A stretch of DNA of 64,000 nt from Microcoleus sp. (GTDB lineage: Bacteria > Cyanobacteriota > Cyanobacteriia > Cyanobacteriales > Microcoleaceae). The DNA lies in assembly GCA_052279835.1 (NCBI GenBank), contig CP181291.1, forward strand, positions 3,584,001 through 3,648,000. Direction: 5' to 3'. The notes under the pieces are model-generated. The model saw nothing but the letters and a program-made list of their open reading frames with translations. It had not been told where the DNA came from and did no database searches. The position numbers and the translations under genes are program-made. Shown one piece after another: positions 53,003-62,853 of the stretch. Position 1 is the first letter of the stretch. The number at the start of each line of letters is the position of its first letter.

Positions 53003-53308
53003 GTGATTGGGTCGCTGGTAATTGCTATTTTCTTTAACTTGTGCTTGGCCAGCCTGAGTCAGCAGTTGGCTGTGGGAAACTTTGTTTCCACGCGGCGAGG
53101 GTGCTGACATCTCGCTATTGGGCAGTACCTAAACGGTGGCCACTGTGTGTGTTGCGCGATTGTCCGATTTTATCCTATCCAATCTACTTGAGATTGAGCA
53201 TTCTGGTGTGAATGTCAACAAATTTCAACTTGGGTCGATCGACCCCCTGGCCAATTCTGGAAATCACCCAGAGGAATTACCTAATAGTTAAAACAAGGAG
53301 GCAGAAAG

Positions 53309-54592
53309 ATGAAACGTAAATCTTGGCAATTATTTACTATTTTTGGGCTAGTGGGGCTACTGTTGTCTGCATTGGTCAGTTGTGGCAAGCCTGCTGTTAA
53401 TTCCCAAACCCAAAATTCGGCGGCTCTTGAGTTCTGGACTATGCAACTGCAACCTCAGTTTACGGAATATTTCAATCAGACGATCGCCAATTTTGAAAAG
53501 GAAAATCCGACCGTGAAGGTGCGCTGGGTCGATGTCCCTTGGTCGGCGATGGAAAGTAAGATTTTGGGGGCTGTTTCGGCTAAAACTGCCCCGGATGTGG
53601 TTAACCTCAATCCTGATTTTGCGTCGCTGTTGGCGGGCCGCAATGCTTGGCTGGATTTGGATGCTCGGATACCGGAGCAAGTGCGATCGACCTATCTCCC
53701 AAATATCTGGAAATCTGGCGTTCTCGATGGCAAGAGTTTTGGTATTCCTTGGTATCTCACAACTGGGGTAACAATTTATAATACGGATTTGTTGAAAAAA
53801 GCGGGAATTGATAAGCCTCCTACTACTTATACTGAGTTGGCTCAAGTAGCAAAACAGGTGAAGCAGAAGACTGGTAAGTTTGCTTTTTTTGTGACTTTTG
53901 TACCGGAGGATTCGGCGGAGGTTTTGCAATCTTTGGTGCAGATGGGTGTCACTTTGGTTGATGCTCAAGGTAAGGCTGCTTTTAATAACGATAAAGGTAA
54001 GGCTGCTTTTGAGTATTGGGTTGATTTGTACAAGGGTGGATTTTTGCCCCAGGATGTTTTGGTGCAGGGCCATCGTCGAGCGATCGAGCTTTATCAATCT
54101 GGGGATACTGCTTTGTTGGCTTCTGGACCTCAATTTTTGAAGGCGATCGCCGAGAATGCTCCTAGTATAGGTGCTGTTTCGGCTGTGGCTCCTCAAATTA
54201 CTGGTCCAAACGGCAAGAAGACTGTGGCGGTGATGAATTTGGTGGTGCCTCGCGACAGCAAGCGCCCTGATGATGCTGTCAAGTTTGCTTTGTTTGTGAC
54301 TAATTCTCAGAATCAGTTGGCTTTTGCTAAGGCTGCTAATGTTTTGCCTTCTAATGTTGATGCTTTAAAGGACTCTTATTTTAAGAGTCTACCGCCTGAC
54401 GCTCCTACTGCCGATCGAGCTCGGATTGTCAGTGCTTCTGGGTTGGAAAAAGCTGAGTTGTTGATTCCGCCTCTGAAGGATGTTAAGAAGTTGCAAAAGG
54501 CAATTTATGACAATTTGCAAGCGGCTATGTTGGCGGAGAAGTCGGTAGAGCAAGCTGTGGCTGATGCGGCAACTGCTTGGGATCAAAGGTAG
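53309..54592 (+). CDS. Sugar ABC transporter substrate-binding lipoprotein
   Basis: Lipobox LVSC, APDVVNL, GIPWY, IYNTDL. Confidence 0.92.
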   Translation: MKRKSWQLFTIFGLVGLLLSALVSCGKPAVNSQTQNSAALEFWTMQLQPQFTEYFNQTIANFEKENPTVKVRWVDVPWSAMESKILGAVSAKTAPDVVNLNPDFASLLAGRNAWLDLDARIPEQVRSTYLPNIWKSGVLDGKSFGIPWYLTTGVTIYNTDLLKKAGIDKPPTTYTELAQVAKQVKQKTGKFAFFVTFVPEDSAEVLQSLVQMGVTLVDAQGKAAFNNDKGKAAFEYWVDLYKGGFLPQDVLVQGHRRAIELYQSGDTALLASGPQFLKAIAENAPSIGAVSAVAPQITGPNGKKTVAVMNLVVPRDSKRPDDAVKFALFVTNSQNQLAFAKAANVLPSNVDALKDSYFKSLPPDAPTADRARIVSASGLEKAELLIPPLKDVKKLQKAIYDNLQAAMLAEKSVEQAVADAATAWDQR

Positions 54593-54602
54593 CAAATATA
54601 TC

Positions 54603-54679
54603 CGTAGGGGCGAAGCATTCCGGCAGTATGTCTCTGCTTCTGACTAATAAATTATCTGCCGGAATGCTTCGCCCCTACA
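54603..54679. repeat. GTAG-type REP palindrome
   Basis: GTAGGGGCGAAGCATTCCGGCAG...CTGCCGGAATGCTTCGCCCCTAC; related CCCTACA-ended palindromes at ~20603-20665 and ~32498-32556. Confidence 0.85.
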
Positions 54680-54724
54680 AAATTGGGATGCACGCGGATT
54701 TTTTTTGGCGATCGCCCCTTGCTT

Positions 54725-55156
54725 TCAATTTTGAATTGTCCAGTCTTGCAGCACTAAACCAGCTAATTGCGAAAAATCTCGGTAGTTGCGCGTAACGAGG
54801 ATAGCATTATTAGCAAGTACAATAGCAGCAATCCGCAAATCTTGCGTGCCGATGCGTATTCTTTGACGGCGGAATTCTTTGTAAATAGTCGAAGCATTCT
54901 CGTCAAATTTCAGGATATTGAGAAGTTTGAAATCCTCTAATGTATCCCATAACCTGCCGTAAGCCAATACTAATTTGTCAGTTTGCGAAGGTTCAGAAGC
55001 CTGTCTGATAACATTGAACCTGCCGCGAATTACTTCCTCTACTGTTACGATAGTTACAGCAATGTTTTCTGCGTTAATCCCGACGCGCTGCACCATCGTT
55101 GGATGGTTTTGTTGCCAAAGCGAGAAACAATCCGTATCAAGTATGTATCGGCTCAT
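54725..55156 (-). CDS. vapC: VapC (PIN) toxin
   Basis: YILDTD, TVEE, DLRIAAI, LVTRNYRDF. Confidence 0.9.
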   Translation of the reverse strand: MSRYILDTDCFSLWQQNHPTMVQRVGINAENIAVTIVTVEEVIRGRFNVIRQASEPSQTDKLVLAYGRLWDTLEDFKLLNILKFDENASTIYKEFRRQRIRIGTQDLRIAAIVLANNAILVTRNYRDFSQLAGLVLQDWTIQN

Positions 55157-55878
55157 TTTGCCTCAGCTTCAGCGTCTACTTGACGATAATAGGCTTCTGT
55201 TTCTGCATCGAGCTCGCGGCGATATTCTTCTATGTGTGCCAATACTTCATCGTATTGCGGATCGTTTTCATACTTACCAGCCAAGCTTACCCAAGGATTG
55301 TTCGATCGACTATAAGTGAGTTTGACAGAGACGATTTCTGCTTCGGCTAGCTGGGAATTTACTAAATCTTGCAGGTTTTGCAATGCTTGCGATCGCGTTT
55401 CGCCAAAAGCTTTACATTCTGGCCATCCCAGCAATGCAGCACTGACTGTTCTGTCTGATTCATTTTTAATAATTATGCGATAAGTTGAATTATCGAATTC
55501 GCCTCCAAGATTAGTGCTATCTGCTGCGCGAATGTCGCAGGTAGTGTTACCTGTTAAGAGTGTTTTTGTCTTGACTGTCTGCTTGCTGTTTTCCTGGCGC
55601 GACTTTTCTCTTTCTCCCATGATAAGCGGGTCTGCTTTGATAACCGCGTCAAGAAAATAGGTTATGTTTACTCTACGCTTGGTGTTTCCCGGGCCTAAAT
55701 ATTCTATTGCTGGCCGGATTGGCGAGTCAAGAGCTACATTGACTGTAGAATCGATGTTTTCCTGACGCTGCTTGATTATGTTTCGCCTGAACAGCTCATC
55801 AAATAGTAAAGTTTGCTCTTGGGCTGGCAAAGCTTCTATATATTCAATTAGTCTTTGCACCGATATAAGGCTGCTCAT
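55153..55878 (-). CDS. HicB-like antitoxin with a long N-terminal extension
   Basis: GWPECKAFGETRSQALQNL (HicB/RNase H-like fold); 4-nt overlap with vapC. Confidence 0.7.
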   Translation of the reverse strand: MSSLISVQRLIEYIEALPAQEQTLLFDELFRRNIIKQRQENIDSTVNVALDSPIRPAIEYLGPGNTKRRVNITYFLDAVIKADPLIMGEREKSRQENSKQTVKTKTLLTGNTTCDIRAADSTNLGGEFDNSTYRIIIKNESDRTVSAALLGWPECKAFGETRSQALQNLQDLVNSQLAEAEIVSVKLTYSRSNNPWVSLAGKYENDPQYDEVLAHIEEYRRELDAETEAYYRQVDAEAEAK

Positions 55879-56145
55879 AAACTTCTGTACTCTAAACTTG
55901 TCTCAACTCACTTGTATTGTAACAAATGAACACCGATGAATTTAGGATGTTTTAGGCTGGGATGGGCGATCGCCAATCGCCTAATTTATTTTGGTTTTTC
56001 CTATTGCAATTTAGCGGGATTTGACATATCATATCATCATGGGAATCTGTGCCCGCATATAAGCTAGCTGTGCCTTAAGTTTGAATATAATTTCCACCGC
56101 AGATGATGGCGGATGGAAGCAGATAGAAGACTGATATTTTTAGAG

Positions 56146-57402
56146 TTAGGTTGTTTGTAGTTGGAGAAAGTGACCGACTAGGTAAAGGGAACCGCAAAGG
56201 ACTGTTAAGTTTTTGTCTGTTACAGCAGTGTCTAAGGCTGTTGTTAAGTTGGGGAAGGTTTGGCAGAGTGTTAATTCTCGACAGATGTTTTGGGCGAGGG
56301 CTGCTAATTCTGTTGGTGGTGTGGAATTTTGGTCGGGTACGGGTACTAGATAAAGTCGATCGCCCTTTTTGAGTAATGCTTTTAATATATCATCGCTGTC
56401 TTTAGTAGCCAGAATGCCGATTACCCAGTTAATCGGTTGCTGATTATTAAATTTATCCACATATTCGCGCAACGCAATCGCGGCGGCTGGGTTGTGCGCG
56501 CCGTCGATTAATATTTTCTGGTTTTTCCAAGTTGTTTGTTGGAGTCTTCCTCGCCATTGGGTTTTGGCAATACCGTTTTCAATCGCAGTTTGGGATATTT
56601 GCCAGCCTCTGTGTTGCAGAGTTTGGATAGTTGCGATCGCCATTGCTGAATTCATCAGTTGAATGTTTCCCAGCAATGGCAATTGATATCTTATTTTAAC
56701 GCCATTTTGAGGTAACTGATATTCGGCTAATCCTTGTCCTAAATCTAGGGCGGGTTTTACCCATGTTGTCGGACAGTCTAATTGTTGAATGCGTTTTTCT
56801 ATGACTATTCTAGCCTCTTCTGGCAATTCTCCGATAATAGCCGGACAATTTGCTTTGAGGATGCCGGCTTTTTCCCCAGCAATGTCGGCGATGGTTGGGC
56901 CAAGTATTTGCCAATGTTCGAGGCTAATGGATGTGATGACGCAGGCGAGGGGTGTTTGACAAACATTAGTCGCGTCTAGTCTTCCTCCCAATCCAGTTTC
57001 GATGATGGCGATGTCTGTTTTTTGTTCGGCGAAGTACAGCCAAGCTGCTGCTGTGATGATTTCAAATTGGGTGGGGGTTTCGGTGTTGTTTTGGGTGGTG
57101 GCGATTACTCGTTTGAGGTATGCTTGTAGTTCTGTTTGGGAAATTGGTTTTTGGTTGATGCAAATTCTTTCTGTCCAATCAATTAAGTGCGGGGATGTGT
57201 AGCGCCCGACTCGATATCCTGCTGCGGTTAATATTGAGGATAGGTAAGCGCAAACGGAACCTTTCCCATTTGTGCCGGCGACGTGGATGATGGGGAATTT
57301 TTTCTGGGGATTATCTAGTTTTTCGAGAAGCTGGTTGATTCTTTCGAGACCGAGATGGACGCCGAAATGTTGGTATGATTGGAGGAGGGAACTTGCATTC
57401 AT
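56146..57402 (-). CDS. folC: Folylpolyglutamate synthase/dihydrofolate synthase
   Basis: HVAGTNGKGS, YTSPHL, ETGLGGRLDATN, DGAHN, CGSLYLVG. Confidence 0.96.
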   Translation of the reverse strand: MNASSLLQSYQHFGVHLGLERINQLLEKLDNPQKKFPIIHVAGTNGKGSVCAYLSSILTAAGYRVGRYTSPHLIDWTERICINQKPISQTELQAYLKRVIATTQNNTETPTQFEIITAAAWLYFAEQKTDIAIIETGLGGRLDATNVCQTPLACVITSISLEHWQILGPTIADIAGEKAGILKANCPAIIGELPEEARIVIEKRIQQLDCPTTWVKPALDLGQGLAEYQLPQNGVKIRYQLPLLGNIQLMNSAMAIATIQTLQHRGWQISQTAIENGIAKTQWRGRLQQTTWKNQKILIDGAHNPAAAIALREYVDKFNNQQPINWVIGILATKDSDDILKALLKKGDRLYLVPVPDQNSTPPTELAALAQNICRELTLCQTFPNLTTALDTAVTDKNLTVLCGSLYLVGHFLQLQTT

Positions 57403-57482
57403 TGAGGTGGGAGTTTTTTACGAACCGCGAAGGCGCGAAGGGCGCGAAGGAAGAAAGAAGAAAGAAGATAGATGTTAATTAT

Positions 57483-58538
57483 ATGAATATTATTTCTCTG
57501 TTTGCGGGTTGTGGTGGGTTGGATTTGGGTTTTCGTCTGGCTGGGTTTAATCCGGTTTGGGCTAATGAATATGATAAGTCTATTTGGGATACCTATCAAT
57601 TTAACCATACTAACACTTTGTTAGATCGCAGAGATATCCGCCAAATCAATTCGGAGGAAGTTCCTGATTGTGTCGGGATAATCGGTGGGCCTCCTTGTCA
57701 AAGTTGGAGTGCGGCTGGTGCGAAACGCGGTATTGATGACTGTCGCGGTCAGCTTTTTTGGGATTATATCAGAATTGTGCGCGACAAGCAGCCTTTGTTT
57801 TTCTTGGCGGAGAATGTCAGTGGCATTTTAGCTCCTAGAAACAGAGATGCTTTTACTTATATATTATCGGAATTTGAGGAAATTGGTTATCGGGTTTCCT
57901 TCAAGTTGTTGAATGCTAGAAGTTTTGGTGTACCGCAAGATAGGCAAAGGGTGATTGTGGTTGGTTATCGGGAAATTCTGGGTTTTGGTTTTGAGTTTCC
58001 CGCACCTGGAAATGAGGTTTTGACTTTGCGAGATGCGATTGGTGATTTGGAGTCGATCGCACCTATGGCTGTTCAAGGTAAGTTAGATAAGTATCACTCG
58101 CTAATTGCCAATCATGAATGTGCTGATTTGGGATTTTCGAGTATTTATATGTCGCGAAATCGAGTTAGAAGTTGGTCCGAACCTTCTTTTACAATTCAGG
58201 CTAGCGGCCGACACGCGCCTATCCATCCTCAAGCTAATAAAATGATTTTGATTGCGAAGGACAAACGTATTTTTGACCCGACTTCGCCTCAGCCTTACCG
58301 CCGACTTTCGGTGAGGGAATGTGCGAGAGTTCAGACGTTTCCCGATGATTTTATTTTTAAGTATAAGCAGATTGCTGATGGATACAAAATGGTAGGGAAT
58401 GCTGTTCCGGTAAATTTTGCTAGAGTTTTGGCTAGTAAGATTTTTGAGGATATTGGTATCTTTCATAAGGTATCGGGCATGGTGGAACAAAAGTATGATA
58501 ATCAGTCCTGGATGCAAAAAACCGCTTTCTTAACATAA
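57483..58538 (+). CDS. DNA (cytosine-5) methyltransferase, M.HaeIII-like (probably GGCC)
   Basis: FAGCGG, GGPPCQ, ENV, QDRQR, TRD SSIYMSRNRVRSWSEPSFTIQASGR resembling M.HaeIII, GNAV. Confidence 0.88.
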   Translation: MNIISLFAGCGGLDLGFRLAGFNPVWANEYDKSIWDTYQFNHTNTLLDRRDIRQINSEEVPDCVGIIGGPPCQSWSAAGAKRGIDDCRGQLFWDYIRIVRDKQPLFFLAENVSGILAPRNRDAFTYILSEFEEIGYRVSFKLLNARSFGVPQDRQRVIVVGYREILGFGFEFPAPGNEVLTLRDAIGDLESIAPMAVQGKLDKYHSLIANHECADLGFSSIYMSRNRVRSWSEPSFTIQASGRHAPIHPQANKMILIAKDKRIFDPTSPQPYRRLSVRECARVQTFPDDFIFKYKQIADGYKMVGNAVPVNFARVLASKIFEDIGIFHKVSGMVEQKYDNQSWMQKTAFLT

Positions 58539-58617
58539 TTGCGTGATTTGAGGTTGACAACAATCGCGATAAACCTGTTTTTTTTATAGTGCGCCTAGGA
58601 CTGACTAATATTTTTGG

Positions 58618-59166
58618 TTAATTTTGCCATTGTTTATCTATCGTAAAATTGCGCATATTTTTTAAAATAAATACTTGATTTTCTTTGATTAAGTCTCCTG
58701 TACAGAAAACGGGTAAGCGTTCTTGATAAGCTTTGATAGCAAGGATATAGTTTTTGTCTGCAAGTTCCGTTTTGATTTTTCGCAGTTGGTCGGCAATGAC
58801 ACCTAGTAAGGTAATGTCGCCACTTAATTTGTCGGCGTTAGGAGTGTGAATTTGGATCACGATTCCCTGAATAGTTGTATTAGGAAGCCCGGTAATTAAG
58901 TCGGCTAAAATTTCCAGTTGAGAGCGATTTTCGATAGCCTCTAATGTCTCTAGCATCAAGTTCATTGACACGGGAAAGTCAGGAAGAGCAGAATTTAAAG
59001 GTAGAACGATTTGAGGGGATTCTGGCTTGATATTGCTGCTTGTCCAAATAATAGCGCGGCTGTCAATTTGTTGCGCTTGTTTCCAACCTTTTGCTTCTAA
59101 GTAGTAACTGATTTGCTGAGGTTGGAGGTTTTTGAGCAATTCAATATCCTTAATTGTCACATTCAT
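58618..59166 (-). CDS. Hypothetical protein, partner of the DUF4365 gene
   Basis: YLEAKGW, LEAIENRS, YILAIKAYQERLPV.C.GDL; 4-nt overlap. Confidence 0.75.
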   Translation of the reverse strand: MNVTIKDIELLKNLQPQQISYYLEAKGWKQAQQIDSRAIIWTSSNIKPESPQIVLPLNSALPDFPVSMNLMLETLEAIENRSQLEILADLITGLPNTTIQGIVIQIHTPNADKLSGDITLLGVIADQLRKIKTELADKNYILAIKAYQERLPVFCTGDLIKENQVFILKNMRNFTIDKQWQN

Positions 59167-59666
59167 AGTTGTCTCCCGGTTGCGATACGCTGCATGATAG
59201 TTATCAGAGTCTCAGCCGAAAATATATTTGTTCTGGGTATGGCAATAGTGACGGTTTCTTTATTGTCAGTAGGTTCTGCTCCTTCTAATGATATCCAATA
59301 AGCGCAGCGTTTTAAGCAGAGTTCCACTTCTGTCTGTTGCAGCCAGTCATTGACTCGATCTGGAACAATGACCACAATTATAATTCTAGGAGGATAGGCG
59401 TTGCTTGCGCTCAATTCTTCGTAGTTTTTAATATTCAGGGGGTAGCGAAGGCTATTTTCGTTGAGGATATCTCTTGAGGTACATTTGACTTGAAGGTAAA
59501 GGATGGGAAAGTTTGGTAAACCTGATGTAGCTATTCCAGTAATAATTAGGTCTACACCCAGCTTGTCTAGAGGAGTAGTTGTTCGCTGACAGATGCACCC
59601 TGCTGCTGAGGCAACGGCGTAAACGTAGGCATAGCTGAATTCTTCTTTTTGGGTGTTGATGTCCAT
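59163..59666 (-). CDS. DUF4365 PD-(D/E)XK-like protein
   Basis: KEEFSYAYV.AVASAAG, D..GVD, LQVKCT, AYWISL. Confidence 0.85.
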   Translation of the reverse strand: MDINTQKEEFSYAYVYAVASAAGCICQRTTTPLDKLGVDLIITGIATSGLPNFPILYLQVKCTSRDILNENSLRYPLNIKNYEELSASNAYPPRIIIVVIVPDRVNDWLQQTEVELCLKRCAYWISLEGAEPTDNKETVTIAIPRTNIFSAETLITIMQRIATGRQL

Positions 59667-59838
59667 TAAACTGCTACTACAATTTGGTTGCCATAAAGTA
59701 ATGATATAACACCAAATAAGATTATAAAACTCTGCTATATAAAGTTAATGCGCGTCAATCAAAATACTTTTTAAACAATCCCAAATCTATTCACAATTAC
59801 GCACCCTAAATCGCTTTGAAAGCAGATTAACGGTCGCC

Positions 59839-61077
59839 CTAGCTGTAAAGTTGATCGAGTTTTAAGAAGGTTTGCAGCAGCGCATTTACTCCCTGAGTAC
59901 ACTGTTCTGGGGATGTATATTCATCTTCTGCATGGCTGATGCCGCCGCGAGAAGCCACGAAAATCATCCCCATATCGGCAAACCGTCCGATTTCTTGGGC
60001 ATCGTGTCCAGCCCTGCTGATTAAATATGTTGAACTCAATCCTAGTTCTTGGCAAACTTCGGCGATCGCATTTTGAATCTTTGGTGCTGCTAATGTCGGC
60101 AATACGTGCAGCATTTCGGTCATTTCAACTTCGGTTTTGGTGGCTAGTGCGATCGCCCTAAACTCCTCTTTCATTTTAACTAACAATTCTTCCAAATTAG
60201 TTTGAGATATATCCCGCAAGTCGATTTTAAAATCCACTTTTCCTGGTACAATATTTGTAGCATTCGGCGACACGTTTAAATAGCCTACGGTTGCTACTTG
60301 TTCCCCCGCTGTTTCTACTCCCAGCTTGTTGACTGCTAGTACCATTTGTGCAGCAGCTACTAGGGCATCTTTGCGATCGTGCATGGGTGTGGAACCGGCA
60401 TGATTGGGGCGGCCCATTACCGTTACTGCGTAGCGGTACTGTCCGACAATGCCTTGAACTATGCCGATTTCATCCCCCGTAGTTTCCAAAACGCCTCCTT
60501 GTTCGACATGGAGTTCTACAAAAGCTGCTATTTCTTGGGGATGGCGTTTGGCCTCGGCAATTTTTGACCAATCTCCGCCAATTTGTGCTAAACAAGTTTC
60601 AATGGAAGTACCGTCGCTGCGCCGATAATATTCGGCATCGCTGACTGTATTCCCGGCCATCGCTTTGCAGCCGATGACGGTGTTTTCTTCGTCGGTAAAT
60701 ACGATTGTCTCGATGGGGTGTTCCAAGCGCAGGTTGTTTTCATGCAGTACCCGCACGACTTCAATCCCTGCTAAAACTCCCAAAACTCCGTCGTAATGAC
60801 CCCCCACGGGAACTGTGTCAATGTGAGAACCCGTGGCTATAGCTGGACCCTCGCCCTTTCCCGGATATCGGCCGATCATATTCCCCGCGGCGTCAATCCG
60901 AACTGTCATCCCTGCTTCTACCATCCAAGACTCAACGAGTTGGCGGGCGAGTAAATCTTCTTTGGTAAAAGCTACTCTGCTGACTCCTCCTCCCGGCAAT
61001 TTGCCGATTTGGGCGAGTTGAGTAATGCTGCTGTTGAGGCGGCCGCCGTTGACTGCAAGTGTTAATGTAAGTGTCAT
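59839..61077 (-). CDS. Zn-dependent M20 amidohydrolase (allantoate amidohydrolase/N-carbamoylase)
   Basis: GSHIDTV..GG.YDG, DEE, ELHVEQG, NHAG.TPM, AGHDA, SH..DE. Confidence 0.92.
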   Translation of the reverse strand: MTLTLTLAVNGGRLNSSITQLAQIGKLPGGGVSRVAFTKEDLLARQLVESWMVEAGMTVRIDAAGNMIGRYPGKGEGPAIATGSHIDTVPVGGHYDGVLGVLAGIEVVRVLHENNLRLEHPIETIVFTDEENTVIGCKAMAGNTVSDAEYYRRSDGTSIETCLAQIGGDWSKIAEAKRHPQEIAAFVELHVEQGGVLETTGDEIGIVQGIVGQYRYAVTVMGRPNHAGSTPMHDRKDALVAAAQMVLAVNKLGVETAGEQVATVGYLNVSPNATNIVPGKVDFKIDLRDISQTNLEELLVKMKEEFRAIALATKTEVEMTEMLHVLPTLAAPKIQNAIAEVCQELGLSSTYLISRAGHDAQEIGRFADMGMIFVASRGGISHAEDEYTSPEQCTQGVNALLQTFLKLDQLYS

Positions 61078-61111
61078 TTAAAGTTTTCCTATTGATTGAT
61101 TTAACTAATTG

Positions 61112-61166
61112 TTGTATACTGTATTCAATATCATTTAAATGCGCGAGATAATGTAGCCTTGCTTAC
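61112..61166. promoter_or_regulatory. Candidate GntR operator and NtcA box in a divergent promoter region
   Basis: TTGTATACTGTATTCAA near-palindrome (61112-61128); GTA-GCCTTGCT-TAC (61153-61166) with no clear -10 box at the canonical distance. Confidence 0.5.
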
Positions 61167-61281
61167 CAAAAATGATAGCTTTGGCAATTTAACTGATATC
61201 GCTAAAATACAGGAGGGAAAATCAAGGCGATCGCGACGATTTAACTGTACAAAAAAAGCACAATTTTTAGATCTGGTGTAT

Positions 61282-61698
61282 ATGAGTCAAACAGCAATTG
61301 CAACTAAACGAGTGTTCATTTGCGGTTCGGCCCTTCGGGGTCAGCCGGACAACAGCAACCTCGGAGATGCTAAGTTTATTAGAGAAGCAAAAACTCGTCC
61401 GATTTACCGCCTGCATTCAGCAGAAAATGGCTGGCATCCTGCAATTTATGAAGTGGCTACCTCCGGTGTATCGATTCCGGGCGAAGTTTACGAATTATCG
61501 TCAGAGCAATTTGAACAGCTTGCTGCGGGAGAACCGCCGCATATGTATCCATCGGATGTGGTTTTGGAAGACGGGGAAGTGCTGACGGCTTTCTTGTACC
61601 CCCAGGAGTTGATTGAAAAGTACCAGTGGGAAGATATTTCCGATCGCGGTGGGTGGGCGGCTTATAAAGCCAGCGCGGTTAACCCAGCGCCAAATTAG
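61282..61698 (+). CDS. Gamma-glutamylcyclotransferase-fold protein (allophanate hydrolase C-domain-like)
   Basis: FICGSALRGQP, YRL, GEVY, DIS..GGWAAY. Confidence 0.8.
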   Translation: MSQTAIATKRVFICGSALRGQPDNSNLGDAKFIREAKTRPIYRLHSAENGWHPAIYEVATSGVSIPGEVYELSSEQFEQLAAGEPPHMYPSDVVLEDGEVLTAFLYPQELIEKYQWEDISDRGGWAAYKASAVNPAPN

Positions 61699-61771
61699 AC
61701 CGCCGTTGTGCCATGGAACTAAAGAAACCGGGTTTTTTGCTGATGTTATGGGTTTGAAGCAAATATGAGGG

Positions 61772-62698
61772 TTAAAAACCCGGTTTCTCGCCACTTAACC
61801 TGTGATGTTCGTGCCAGTGTCGGGCGATATCGATGCGGCGACATACCCAAACCTTGTCATGCTGCTGCACGTAATCCAAAAAACGCCCCAGGGCCGCCGC
61901 CCGCCCCGGCCTTCCCGCCAAACGGCAGTGCAGCCCCACACTCATCATTTTGGGCGCTGTCTGGCCCTCGGCGTAAAGTAGGTCGAAAGCATCGCGCAGG
62001 TAAGCAAAAAATTGGTCGCCGGAATTAAACCCCTGATTGGTAGCAAACCTCATGTCGTTGTTGTCGAGGGTGTAGGGAATTACTAAGTGGGGTTTGCCGC
62101 CCTCGTACACCCAGTAAGGCAGGTCATCGGCGTAGCTGTCGGAATCGTAGAGAAAACCGCCTTCCTCCACTACTAGCTTGCGAGTGTGGGGGCTTGTGCG
62201 CCCGGTATACCAGCCGAGGGGACGGCTACCGGTAACTTGGGTATGAATGGCGATCGCCTTTTGCAGGTGCTCCCGTTCCGCCTCTTCCCCAAAATACTTA
62301 TAATCGATCCAGCGCCAGCCGTGGCTGGCAATTTCCCAATCGGCTTCTAGCATGGCTGCTACTGCTTCGGGATGCCTTTCTAATGCCATTGCTACCCCAT
62401 AAACTGTGAGTGGCATTCCCCTGGATGTAAACATCCGGTGCAGCCGCCAAAAACCCGCCCTACTGCCGTATTCGTAACAGGATTCCATGTTCATGTGGCG
62501 CATCCCGGATAAGGGGAGGGCCCCGACAATTTCGGATAAAAATGTTTCTGAAGAGTCATCTCCGTGGAGGATGCAGGTTTCTCCGCCTTCTTCGTAATTA
62601 ATGACAAATTGTAGGGCTATGCGGGCTGCTTGGGGCCATTTTGGGTCTGGGGGATTTTGACCGTAACCGATTAAGTCTCTTGGATAATTTGCTGGCAT
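61772..62698 (-). CDS. puuE: Allantoinase PuuE (polysaccharide deacetylase fold)
   Basis: YPRDLIGYG, INYEEGGE, YEYGSRAGFWRL, DSYADDLPYW, MMSVGLHCRL.GRPGR. Confidence 0.93.
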   Translation of the reverse strand: MPANYPRDLIGYGQNPPDPKWPQAARIALQFVINYEEGGETCILHGDDSSETFLSEIVGALPLSGMRHMNMESCYEYGSRAGFWRLHRMFTSRGMPLTVYGVAMALERHPEAVAAMLEADWEIASHGWRWIDYKYFGEEAEREHLQKAIAIHTQVTGSRPLGWYTGRTSPHTRKLVVEEGGFLYDSDSYADDLPYWVYEGGKPHLVIPYTLDNNDMRFATNQGFNSGDQFFAYLRDAFDLLYAEGQTAPKMMSVGLHCRLAGRPGRAAALGRFLDYVQQHDKVWVCRRIDIARHWHEHHRLSGEKPGF

Positions 62699-62773
62699 AT
62701 AATTTATTTGTTATTTGTTGTTTGTTATTTGTTGTTTGTTATTTGTTAGTGGATAGTGGATAGTGATACTAAC

Positions 62774-62845
62774 CAATTCCCAATTCCCAATTCCCAATTC
62801 CCAATTCCCAATTCCCAATTCCCGATTCCCAATTCCCGATTCCCC
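62774..62845. repeat. Heptamer STRR (CCAATTC)n
   Basis: About 10 tandem units. Confidence 0.9.
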
Positions 62846-62853
62846 ATCTCAAA

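Noticed and set aside
53357..54196. 279-aa minus-strand ORF
   Set aside because: Antisense shadow of the ABC substrate-binding gene; no motifs
57375..57482. N-terminal extension of the methylase
   Set aside because: Overlaps folC and reads through a dispersed repeat; the homologous start is MNIISLF at 57483
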